64,000 nt of DNA, taken from the NCBI GenBank assembly GCA_031430395.1, contig JANPBK010000073.1:15099-79098 (forward strand), given 5' to 3'. The stretch comes from Cyclobacteriaceae bacterium (GTDB lineage: Bacteria; Bacteroidota; Bacteroidia; Cytophagales; Cyclobacteriaceae). The position numbers were made by a program, and so were the translations under genes. The notes beneath the pieces are model-generated. The model ran no database searches and was not told where the DNA came from. It saw nothing but the letters and a program-made list of their open reading frames with translations. Below are positions 17,923 through 27,162 of the stretch, one piece after another; positions within the stretch are counted from its first letter, which is position 1; each line of letters opens with the position of its first letter.

Positions 17923-20316
17923 ATGCTAACGAATTATCTCAAAATTGCTTTGCGCAATATATTGCGGAATAAATCTTTCAGTTTAATCAATATCGCTGGG
18001 CTTAGCATTGGGTTAACCACCTTCTTGGCAATCAGCTTGTATGTGGTTGACGAGTTTTCATATGATCGCTTCCACGAAAAGAAAGACCGTATTTACAGAG
18101 CGGTTATTAGCGCAAACTTTGGTGGGCAAACAAACAAATGGGGTGGTGCACCTAATCTATTGGGGCCCACTTCCATGAAAGAAATACCAGAAGTTGAAAA
18201 GGCAACACGCGTCTTTCATCATAACTTTGGAGAACTGGGATTTGTGGCCACCGAGACTGAAAAATTCTCGGAGAAAGAGCTCTTCTACGCAGACCCTGAG
18301 GTTTTTGATGTCTTTACTATTCCCTTCCTAAAAGGAAACAGCAAAACTGCATTGGCCAGACCTAACACCATTGTAATTAGCGAAAGCGCAGCCTTAAAAT
18401 ATTTTAATGGTGTAGATCCTATTGGTAAAGTGCTTACAATCGACAATGATAAACCACTTGAAGTAACCGGTGTGTACAAAGACTTCCCGTCCAATTCTTT
18501 TCTTCAATGCAAATTAATTGCTTCTTTCTCTTCTAATTGGTTTGGTCAAGACGTGAATCAAAATTGGGGCAACGCCAGTTTTGATACGTTCTTTTTACTA
18601 AACAAAGATGCCTCTCAAGAACAAGTGGATAAAAAAATAGAAGCAATGTTGGCAAAGAATATTGCAAAGGATAATCGCTGGTTCACTATTGCTTTGCAGC
18701 CCTTGTTGGATATAAGGCTTTCTTCTGGTGACCTGAATGCCACATTTGATCGCAGGCCGTACGGAGATTTAAACCAAGTGAAAATTTTGATTGCCTTAGC
18801 ATTGATTGTCATTCTTATTGCAGCCATCAATTACATGAACCTGACTACTGCCCAATCGCAAAAAAGAAACAAAGAAGTGGGCATTGCTAAAACATTAGGT
18901 GCAACATTCGGTCAGCTAAATGGCAAATTTTATTTTGAAGCCTCTGTGTTTGTACTGCTCTCCATGCTTGCGAGTCTGGTATTGTTTACATTTGTGCTGC
19001 CCCTCTTTAATACTCTTTCAGGAAAATCTATTACTATGCAGTTTGCAAGCAACGGTTATTTCTGGATTGCCTTTGTAGGCATTTGGTTGATCTTAACTTT
19101 TCTATCAGGTTTTTATCCAGCATTGTACCTCTCATCTTTCTCACCTAAATCAGCTTTACAAAGAACTTCATCTGGGGGTGGACAGGCCTTTATACGAAAG
19201 GGATTAGTCGTATTTCAATTTGCCGTATCAATTGTTCTAATTATTTGCTCTATCGGTTTTTATAAGCAAATGAATTTTATCCGTGATAAAAAATTAGGCT
19301 ATCAGCCAGAACAAGTGATAGCGATAATGGTGACAGGGTCCAAAGATCGCGACCAAGTGATGAGCCTGAAAACAGAATATGAAACCCTCAGCGATGTAGT
19401 GTCCGTTGGCCGCAGTCAATCGTACCCAGGCATGGGCACTAGCATGCGCAATATATTACTCGATGCCGAAGAAGGTGAAGGTACCGCATTACTTACGACA
19501 CGTGCGAGTAGTGAAGTCTTGGATGTACTCAACATTAAACTGCTCGCTGGCAAAACATTGCCCGAAACAAAGGACCCCAAAGATACCACCGTGCAAGTGG
19601 TGATCAACAAAGCTACTGCCGACTACCTGCAACTTTCGCCTGAGGAATTGATTGGGAAGCGCGTGCAGATACAAGGTTTTGATGGCCCGACTGAAGTAGT
19701 GGGTGTAACAGAAGATTTTCATTTTACTTCACTGCATCAAAAAATAGGCGCTTTTTGTTTTCACAATGCTAGAACAGAACCGCTTACTTTTTTATTGGTA
19801 AAAGTGAATACAGGAAACTTAACGGCCACCGTTAAGCAATTAGAAAACTTATTTAAGAAAAAGATTCCTTCCGCTTTCGAATACGAATTTTTAGATCAGC
19901 ACCTCGATAATTTATATAAATCAGAACACACATTAGCTAATGTAGTATTGCTATTCGCCAGTCTTGCTATTTTTGTTGCCTGCTTAGGTCTTTATGCATT
20001 AGCCGCTTTCACTGCAGAACAACGTACAAAAGAAATCGGTATCCGCAAAGTAATGGGTGCTTCTGTACCGCACTTAGTGGGTATGCTATCCAAAGATTTT
20101 ATCATGCTTGTCCTGATCGCTTTTGTCATTGGCATTCCCGCAGGTTATTATGCAATGAACTATTGGCTGGAAGATTTTGCCTATAAAACTACTATAGGCG
20201 TATCCGTATTTGCCTTAGCTGGACTAGTCAGTCTTGTTATTGCCTGGTTGACCGTGAGCTTTGAATCATATAAATCCGCCATAAGCAATCCCGTGAAGAG
20301 TTTAAGAAGCGAATAG
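17923..20316 (+). CDS. MacB/FtsX-type ABC permease, paralog 4
   Basis: 797 aa; AAINYMNLTTAQSQKRNKEVGIAKTLGA; EQRTKEIGIRKVMGA; NPVKSLRSE. Confidence 0.9.
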   Translation: MLTNYLKIALRNILRNKSFSLINIAGLSIGLTTFLAISLYVVDEFSYDRFHEKKDRIYRAVISANFGGQTNKWGGAPNLLGPTSMKEIPEVEKATRVFHHNFGELGFVATETEKFSEKELFYADPEVFDVFTIPFLKGNSKTALARPNTIVISESAALKYFNGVDPIGKVLTIDNDKPLEVTGVYKDFPSNSFLQCKLIASFSSNWFGQDVNQNWGNASFDTFFLLNKDASQEQVDKKIEAMLAKNIAKDNRWFTIALQPLLDIRLSSGDLNATFDRRPYGDLNQVKILIALALIVILIAAINYMNLTTAQSQKRNKEVGIAKTLGATFGQLNGKFYFEASVFVLLSMLASLVLFTFVLPLFNTLSGKSITMQFASNGYFWIAFVGIWLILTFLSGFYPALYLSSFSPKSALQRTSSGGGQAFIRKGLVVFQFAVSIVLIICSIGFYKQMNFIRDKKLGYQPEQVIAIMVTGSKDRDQVMSLKTEYETLSDVVSVGRSQSYPGMGTSMRNILLDAEEGEGTALLTTRASSEVLDVLNIKLLAGKTLPETKDPKDTTVQVVINKATADYLQLSPEELIGKRVQIQGFDGPTEVVGVTEDFHFTSLHQKIGAFCFHNARTEPLTFLLVKVNTGNLTATVKQLENLFKKKIPSAFEYEFLDQHLDNLYKSEHTLANVVLLFASLAIFVACLGLYALAAFTAEQRTKEIGIRKVMGASVPHLVGMLSKDFIMLVLIAFVIGIPAGYYAMNYWLEDFAYKTTIGVSVFALAGLVSLVIAWLTVSFESYKSAISNPVKSLRSE

Positions 20317-20330
20317 TATGTAATTAATGG

Positions 20331-20434
20331 GAGGCAAAAACAGGGATTCATCATTAATATGTAAGAACTAGGCTTTTGGTTATCGTTGAAATGAAATATT
20401 CCTGTAATATTTCACGTAAGGTTTTGCCTCTTTA
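20331..20434. other. Nested inverted repeats in the intergenic region between permeases 4 and 5
   Basis: GAGGCAAAA (20331) / TTTTGCCTC (20422-20430) followed by TTTT, enclosing TGAAATATT-cctgt-AATATTTCA (20392-20414). Confidence 0.5.
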
Positions 20435-20505
20435 TTCAATTTTTCTTCAAATAGTATCTTCTACATTGCCTATTCAACTTAACTATTAAGTTAATACAGG
20501 CACGC

Positions 20506-22869
20506 ATGTTACGGAGCAATTTAAAATTAATGCTGAGGCAAATACGTAACGTATATTCATTTCTTAACCTCACTGGACTAATCATTGGATTCACTGCGCT
20601 TATCCTCATTTTTATTTGGATTAACGAAGAGCTTAGCTATGACCGATTCCATCCTCATCATGAAACTATTTTCAGGGTGGTCAGCACTCAATTCAATGAA
20701 AAGGGAGAAGCCCATCCGGTAGCCATTACGCCTGCCCCACTGGCTGAATACCTTGCGAGCAATTTTGAAGAAGTTGAAAGTAGCTGCAGATTAAGATTGG
20801 TAGAGTTCTTCCTCAAATTTGAAGAGGTAGGATTTTATAAAGGTGGATTGGCTGCTGACCCGTCTTTTTTCAACCTTTTCTCTTTTCCTTTAACACGGGG
20901 CACAGTTTCAAACTATTATGAGGGCGTTGATAAAATAATTATCAGCGAACGATTGGCCCAAACCTATTTTGGTGTAAATGATCCGATCGGTAAGGTATTT
21001 GTAATTGGCGGCCGTGATGTAATGGTAACAGCAGTCATGAATAATATTCCTACTAATTCTCACCTTCAGTTTGATTTTGTCATGCCGATAAAGTTCTTAG
21101 AAGCCGTGTCTATTACCACCCTGGATAGATGGGATATATTCCAATGTTTCACATACTTTAAAACAAAAGAAAATGTAGATGAATCCTTATTAGAGAAAAA
21201 GATTAAAAATGTAGTTATTAAAAATGACCCACAATCTACTTCCTTGCTTAGTCTTCAACCCCTTACAGACATTCATCTAAAATCTAATCATCTAAGCAAT
21301 GATTTGAAATATGAAAACAGTGATACAATTAGTCCGGGAAATTCGCTGTATGTTAACATGTTTTCATTCTTAGCCATTTTTGTATTGATTATTGCCAGCA
21401 TCAATTATTCCAATTTAGCAGCAGCACGATCCATCAGGCGTTCAAAAGAAACAGGTATGCGGAAAGTATTAGGTTCAAGTCGATTACAATTGGCAGGCTA
21501 TTTCTTTTCAGAATCACTCATTTATTGTACCCTCTCATTGAGCATAGCCATGCTTATCAGTTGGCTCCTACTCCCTTCTTTTAACGAGTTGTGCGGCAAA
21601 CAACTTGGATTTCACTTTTCATCAGAGATGATCATTTACCTCCTCCTTTCCACATTGTTATGCTCATTGCTAGGTGCTTATCCTACCTTGCTATTAGCAA
21701 AACAAAATCCGGTCAACGTATTGAAGGGAGTGGCCAAAGCAAGCAATAAAACAATTTCTCTCAGAAGAGTATTAGTGGCAGTTCAATTTACCCTCAGTAT
21801 CAGTTTACTAACGGGAACACTTATTATTCAACGCCAATTGAATTATATCAATTCAAAAGATTTAGGTTATGATAAGAGTCAGATGATTTCTTACGAAACT
21901 ACCAGAAAAGTTCGCGCACAATATCCTGTGATTAAAGAGGAGTTGCTCACCTTACCGGCAGTAATGCATGTGACGGCCAGTAATTATAGTATTTCCTTTG
22001 CTGATTACTGGACAGACGGTTTAGAATGGGAAGGCAAAAACCCTACCTCTAAAATTATTTTTCAACAACTAGTGGTAGATCATGATTTTATAAAGACCTA
22101 CTCTATCGCACTTTCATTGGGTCGTGATTTTTCAATGTCCATCGCCTCGGACTCGTTAGCCATTTTACTAAATGAGGAAGCTGTAATTCAAATGGGATTT
22201 ACAGATCCGATCAACAAAGTAATCACGCTTCATGAAAATAAATACCACGTCATTGGTATTGTTAAAAATTTTCATTTCAAATCAATCCATAATAAAATCG
22301 AGCCATTAGTTATTTATATTGATCCCTCATCACTATATCAAATTTCAATAAAGCTTAATGCCGGTAATTTTTCAGAACAGATTAAAGAAATCGAAAGCAT
22401 ATTTAAAAAAGTGATGCCCGATCGACCCTTTGACTACACGTTCTTAGAGGGCAACATTCAAAAATTATACCTAACGGAAAACAGAACCAGCAAAATCTTT
22501 CAATATCTATCCGGCCTTTCCATTTTTGTTTCCTGTTTAGGATTATTGGGTATCATTATGTTTGTGACTGAGCAACGTGCTAAAGAATTGGCAATTCGCA
22601 AAGTAATGGGGGCGCCAGTACCTACTTTGATGTTCATGGTTTCCGCAGAATATCTATTCATGGTCCTTATTGCTTTTTTCTTTTCAGCCCCAATGGTATA
22701 TTTTGTCATGCGTAAATGGCTTGCCAATTTCGCCTATAGAATTGAGATGGATTTATTTATTTTCGCAATCGCAGGCTTCCTATGCTTTTTATTTGCCTGG
22801 CTTACAGTTGTGTATCGTTCGTACAAAGTAGCAGTGACCAATCCAGTGGAAAGTTTGAGAAACGAATAA
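20506..22869 (+). CDS. MacB/FtsX-type ABC permease, paralog 5
   Basis: 787 aa; ASINYSNLAAARSIRRSKETGMRKVLGS; EQRAKELAIRKVMGA; NPVESLRNE. Confidence 0.9.
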   Translation: MLRSNLKLMLRQIRNVYSFLNLTGLIIGFTALILIFIWINEELSYDRFHPHHETIFRVVSTQFNEKGEAHPVAITPAPLAEYLASNFEEVESSCRLRLVEFFLKFEEVGFYKGGLAADPSFFNLFSFPLTRGTVSNYYEGVDKIIISERLAQTYFGVNDPIGKVFVIGGRDVMVTAVMNNIPTNSHLQFDFVMPIKFLEAVSITTLDRWDIFQCFTYFKTKENVDESLLEKKIKNVVIKNDPQSTSLLSLQPLTDIHLKSNHLSNDLKYENSDTISPGNSLYVNMFSFLAIFVLIIASINYSNLAAARSIRRSKETGMRKVLGSSRLQLAGYFFSESLIYCTLSLSIAMLISWLLLPSFNELCGKQLGFHFSSEMIIYLLLSTLLCSLLGAYPTLLLAKQNPVNVLKGVAKASNKTISLRRVLVAVQFTLSISLLTGTLIIQRQLNYINSKDLGYDKSQMISYETTRKVRAQYPVIKEELLTLPAVMHVTASNYSISFADYWTDGLEWEGKNPTSKIIFQQLVVDHDFIKTYSIALSLGRDFSMSIASDSLAILLNEEAVIQMGFTDPINKVITLHENKYHVIGIVKNFHFKSIHNKIEPLVIYIDPSSLYQISIKLNAGNFSEQIKEIESIFKKVMPDRPFDYTFLEGNIQKLYLTENRTSKIFQYLSGLSIFVSCLGLLGIIMFVTEQRAKELAIRKVMGAPVPTLMFMVSAEYLFMVLIAFFFSAPMVYFVMRKWLANFAYRIEMDLFIFAIAGFLCFLFAWLTVVYRSYKVAVTNPVESLRNE

Positions 22870-22938
22870 CTAGTTCAAGTGTTCATGAAAGTTTCAAAGT
22901 ATTAGAAGTTGCTTAACTTCGAATGCTTAATTTTTACG

Positions 22939-23430
22939 ATGACAAAAATATACACGATCCCTGAACAAACTAAAATTGGCCATGTCCACTTGAAAGTAGC
23001 AGATATCGACCGAGCATTAAAATTTTATGTTGAACTATTGGGGTTTGAAATAACCACAAAGTTTGGAAACGATGCGGTTTTCATCTCTGCCGGTGGCTAT
23101 CATCATCATATTGGATTGAATACATGGTACAGTAAAAATGCGACCCCTTCGTCAACGAGAAGCACCGGTCTTTTTCACACTGCCATTCTCTATCCCTCCC
23201 GAAAAGACCTGGCTATTGCCTATAAGAGATTGCTTCAGGCAGATTATCCAATAACTGGAGCAGCCGATCATGGCGTTTCCGAAGCTTTGTATCTCAACGA
23301 CCCTGATCAAAATGGAGTTGAATTATACTGGGATAGACCAAAGGAAGATTGGCCCCAACATGCAGATGGCTCCTTAGAGATGTATACCCATCCTATTGAC
23401 TTAGAAGAACTACTTCAACTTGCGAATTAG
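22939..23430 (+). CDS. VOC/glyoxalase family protein (CatE-like, single domain)
   Basis: IGHVHLKVAD, GGYHHHIGLNTW, GLFHTAILYP, DHGVSEALYLNDPDQNGVELYWD; start at ATG 22939. Confidence 0.85.
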   Translation: MTKIYTIPEQTKIGHVHLKVADIDRALKFYVELLGFEITTKFGNDAVFISAGGYHHHIGLNTWYSKNATPSSTRSTGLFHTAILYPSRKDLAIAYKRLLQADYPITGAADHGVSEALYLNDPDQNGVELYWDRPKEDWPQHADGSLEMYTHPIDLEELLQLAN

Positions 23431-24566
23431 TCTTTCATTACCGAAAACTTATAAATCGTTTTTTGCTTATATGTTTCTCCCGGTTTCAACACTGTACTAG
23501 GAAATTCGGGATGATTAGGCGAATCTGGAAAGTGCTGTGCTTCCAAGCACAACGCATAACGGTACTCATATTTTTTATTTTTCTTGCCAATATCCGTTCC
23601 ATCTAAAAAATTGCCTGAATAAAATTGTAAGCCAGGTTCTGTCGTCCATACCTCCATTTTTCTTCCACTTTGTGACTCCTGTACGCTAGCGGCAAGCGTT
23701 AGATCATCAATCTTATTCTTCTTGAGTACCCAAGTATGATCGAACCCATTGCCAACTTTCAACTGTTCATCCGTTTGATTAATGCGGTCCCCTATGGCGA
23801 CCAATTTGTTAAAATTAAAGGGGGTGTTAGATACTGATCTTAATTCGCCAGTTGGAATTAGATCACTATTGATGACACAAAATTGATCCGCATTAATTTG
23901 GAGCTGATGGTCAAGAATATTTCCATTGCCTTCACCAGCCAGATTGAAAAAGGAATGATGTGTCAAATTAATGATCGTGGTTTTATCTGTGGTAGCTTCA
24001 TAGTCAATCACCAATTCATTCTGATTGGTAAGCGTATAGGTAACTTTCACATTGAGATTTCCAGGATATCCTTCCTCCATATCAGCACTGTGATAATAAA
24101 GTTCCAATGCCTGGTTTCCGCTGAGAAGAACTTCTTCCACTCTCCATATCACATTATGGAAACCCATTTCCCCACCATGTAGGGCATTTGCCCCATTATT
24201 TTTAAGCAAATGGTAATCCTTCCCCTGCAAAGTAAATGTACCATCAGCAATCCGATTACCGTATCGCCCTATGATGGCGCCAAAATAAGGATTCCCATTT
24301 ATGTATTGGTCAACACTATCATATCCTAATACAATGTCTGACGCCAATCCGTTTTTGTCCGGGACGAATAGCGATATAATTTTTCCTCCATACCCTGTCA
24401 TTTTCAACGTAATGCCATGAGTGTTTGAAATCGAGTGTATTGATGTAGACATAGACGAGCTTATTTTCAAACGACCAGTAGTGTCCCAAGGGTGAACGTG
24501 CTTTTCCGATTTAGGCGAAGAGCATGCCAAAGCAATTGCTAAGATACCCATGCTCGCTACTTTCAT
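23427..24566 (-). CDS. galM: Aldose 1-epimerase (mutarotase) with lipoprotein signal
   Basis: FGAIIGRYGNRIA, NALHGG, NLTHHSFFNL, WTTEPGLQFYSGN, LEAQHFPDSPN; MKVASMGILAIALA-C lipobox from ATG 24566. Confidence 0.9.
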   Translation of the reverse strand: MKVASMGILAIALACSSPKSEKHVHPWDTTGRLKISSSMSTSIHSISNTHGITLKMTGYGGKIISLFVPDKNGLASDIVLGYDSVDQYINGNPYFGAIIGRYGNRIADGTFTLQGKDYHLLKNNGANALHGGEMGFHNVIWRVEEVLLSGNQALELYYHSADMEEGYPGNLNVKVTYTLTNQNELVIDYEATTDKTTIINLTHHSFFNLAGEGNGNILDHQLQINADQFCVINSDLIPTGELRSVSNTPFNFNKLVAIGDRINQTDEQLKVGNGFDHTWVLKKNKIDDLTLAASVQESQSGRKMEVWTTEPGLQFYSGNFLDGTDIGKKNKKYEYRYALCLEAQHFPDSPNHPEFPSTVLKPGETYKQKTIYKFSVMKD

Positions 24567-24705
24567 CAGCCGAAAAGTAATCAAAAACCACGAATTCAGT
24601 ACTTCATAAGTAGAAGCTAATAAAAAGATGAAGATAGAATCCTACGGAAGCTCTTGATCTTTTGTCTGGTTTGTATTTACTTTGATCAACTTAAACATTA
24701 CCAAT

Positions 24706-24813
24706 ATGTCAAAAGGTCAAGACAAAAAAAAGGAAACTAAGAAAGAGCCAAAAAAAACAGAGGCTGAAAAAAGAGCTGAAAAGAAATCAAGAAAAGAGAA
24801 TCCTAAATATTGA
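24706..24813 (+). CDS. 35-aa lysine/glutamate-rich small protein (not in ORF track)
   Basis: MSKGQDKKKETKKEPKKTEAEKRAEKKSRKENPKY*; AT-rich leader (ttaaacattaccaat-ATG); directly followed by a terminator hairpin. Confidence 0.7.
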   Translation: MSKGQDKKKETKKEPKKTEAEKRAEKKSRKENPKY

Positions 24814-24821
24814 TTTCCTTC

Positions 24822-24862
24822 AACAGGCCAATTCTGCAAATTTTGAGTTGGCCTGTTCTTTT
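24822..24862. terminator. Intrinsic terminator between the small ORF and the convergent acylase
   Basis: AACAGGCCAATTC-tgcaaatttt-GAGTTGGCCTGTT-CTTTT. Confidence 0.75.
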
Positions 24863-27045
24863 TATTGACCCGGATGATAGGTACGCTCAGCCTTTTTCAT
24901 CACATCTTCTTTGTAAAAAAGCACGTCCTTAAAATGAGCCTCACAATAAATTGCTGCCTGATCTCTGAAATGTAGCGATGCCGGGTTATTACTTACTCCT
25001 CCGGCCAATACAGATTTAGCTTTAACCTTTGGACCAAACTCTACTGCAGCGACAAAACTATTGCCAACATAACCATACATTTTTTTTGTTCCAGGGTATT
25101 TCTTGCTCCCAAAAGCAGCCAACGACCCCCAAAAGGAAGAAGCAAAAGGAACAGGTAGACTAGGCTTTTGATCATCGTATACTTCATTGATTTTTCCTGT
25201 CAGGCGTTGGAAGCGATTCAAGTCTCCCCAAGGCATTTTCCAAGTCCCAAAATCATGTTGCAATTCGTCTATGACGTTGCCTAACGCTTTGACCTTCACT
25301 TGTGCCGGTGTTTTAATCAGTAGTTCGATAATATCTAGCTGACCAATACCAGAAGGAATTTGACCCGCTATTTGTAGCCGCAGCTCTTGTCCCAAGTACA
25401 CGACCAGGGTCATTGGTACGGAAGATACCGAATATTTTTTATCCCATTCTTTTAAAAGCGCAATTGGTTCATTCAGTTTTTTTCGAATTCCTTCATCTGT
25501 TTTCGCTATGAAAGAATAGGCTTCAATAACGGAGGGAATCAATTTTTCAAAACCCGGAAGATAGGGATCATAAGCGGCCATAATTAATTTATCAAGCGTA
25601 AACGAAGACTCACGACTTAATACTTCTACCGCATGAAGTCCCCTTGCATTTTCAAAATCAGGTGCCATATAAGCAGGATAGTTGCTCTTTTCCGGACTAC
25701 TCTTTCCCGCAGCGGTAAAAGGTGTTGAATTGCAATTCTGTATCCAACCATTCGCTGGATTCACTAGTTGAATTATTTCCCCTACCGGGTGCAGTCCTTT
25801 CCACTCCGTTTCAGGATCACTTCCATCTACCGGAAAATTATAATTGAAAGCAGGGTTTCGTTTAGGCATGTAATTGCCATGCCAGTAGGCAATGTTACCC
25901 CGATCATCTGCAAATACGGTATTATTGGACGTGTTGGTTTTCATTTCCATTACATTCTTAAAGTCACTCAACCCGGATGCCTTCGTGCGCAAAAATGATT
26001 GCGTGAGAGCCAACATGGGCTCTTGCATCATCCTGATACTGATCCATTCATTTACTGATTTGGCCACTACAGGACCGTGATGGGTAAAATATACAGTAAA
26101 CTCACGTTTCATTTTTCCTTTATCCGTTTTATAAGTCAGTACAATTTTCCTCATCGATAGGGGGCGAACTTCCGATCCATATTTGTAAAAAAAAGAATCT
26201 TCCTTTTTAATAATGACTTCTTTGTATTCATCGATGGCATCCGCCTGACTAGTGGTATGCATCCATCCACAGTGTTCATTGAACCCTTGATAAATGAAAA
26301 ATTGTCCCCATGTCACCGCGCCATAAGCACTCCACCCCTCCCCGCTTGTCATTTGAATTTCCGGGCGGAAGTAAAAAGAAGTATGAGGGTTAATCATAAA
26401 AAGTGAATTTCCTGTAGCACTTCTGGAAGGCGCAATGGCAAAACCATTAGATCCTTTTGGCTCAGGTTCTAAGCCATCGTCCAAATTAATTTGTTCAATT
26501 TTCGTGGCATCTTTTCCACCTCCATAAAACTCTTTCAATTTGGTCAGCGAGATGGCTTCGATATCTCCGCCAATACTACCTTCACTAAATAGGAGTGGCA
26601 TCCAAGGTTGATACCGTTTTATCAGTAGAGGCTTTTTATCCGGATGCGTGTAAATAAAATAATTCAAGCCATCGGCAAAAGCAAGCATGAGTTTCTTCAT
26701 TTCCCCCTGACTGCTATTAAAGATAGAGATCGCCAACGTGCTATCTTGAAATATTCTTGTTCTTAAATCATTATACAGTTTACCTTCTCCCTCTACTTCT
26801 GCTAAACGACCCAGCGCGTTGATATAGTTCAACTCTACCCTTTCAAAATCATCTTCAGATTGGGCAAATAGCATCCCAAAAACTGCGTCCGCATCCGTTT
26901 TCCCATAAACATGGGCAATTCCCCAATTGTCACGGATAATTTCAATCCCCTCCGCTTGCTTCTTCCATCTAGCAATTTCTTCTGTTGTAAATTTTTGGGC
27001 ATAAAGTGAACTCGAAACCAGGAGCAATAAAATAAGGTTTTTCAT
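24862..27045 (-). CDS. Penicillin acylase family (Ntn-hydrolase) protein
   Basis: Signal peptide; IIRDNWGIAHVYG; autoproteolysis site PKG|SNGFAIAPSRS; INPH; NTVFADDRGNI; QNCNSTP. Confidence 0.9.
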   Translation of the reverse strand: MKNLILLLLVSSSLYAQKFTTEEIARWKKQAEGIEIIRDNWGIAHVYGKTDADAVFGMLFAQSEDDFERVELNYINALGRLAEVEGEGKLYNDLRTRIFQDSTLAISIFNSSQGEMKKLMLAFADGLNYFIYTHPDKKPLLIKRYQPWMPLLFSEGSIGGDIEAISLTKLKEFYGGGKDATKIEQINLDDGLEPEPKGSNGFAIAPSRSATGNSLFMINPHTSFYFRPEIQMTSGEGWSAYGAVTWGQFFIYQGFNEHCGWMHTTSQADAIDEYKEVIIKKEDSFFYKYGSEVRPLSMRKIVLTYKTDKGKMKREFTVYFTHHGPVVAKSVNEWISIRMMQEPMLALTQSFLRTKASGLSDFKNVMEMKTNTSNNTVFADDRGNIAYWHGNYMPKRNPAFNYNFPVDGSDPETEWKGLHPVGEIIQLVNPANGWIQNCNSTPFTAAGKSSPEKSNYPAYMAPDFENARGLHAVEVLSRESSFTLDKLIMAAYDPYLPGFEKLIPSVIEAYSFIAKTDEGIRKKLNEPIALLKEWDKKYSVSSVPMTLVVYLGQELRLQIAGQIPSGIGQLDIIELLIKTPAQVKVKALGNVIDELQHDFGTWKMPWGDLNRFQRLTGKINEVYDDQKPSLPVPFASSFWGSLAAFGSKKYPGTKKMYGYVGNSFVAAVEFGPKVKAKSVLAGGVSNNPASLHFRDQAAIYCEAHFKDVLFYKEDVMKKAERTYHPGQ

Positions 27046-27162
27046 TTTAGTGTACTTTTACGAAGACGTTAATATAATAATTCAATTCACAAAGTTTGGA
27101 TTGTTTTACACTAAAGGAACTTACTTTACGTCTTTGAAGTTATTTGAACCTGATTTTACCCC

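Noticed and set aside
6926-22869. Similar 3'-end DNA (AG[TC]TT[GA]AGAAGCGA[AG]TA) recurring five times, as a possible DNA repeat or recombination site
   Set aside because: It is fully explained by the conserved SLR[S/N]E* protein C-terminus; synonymous positions vary.
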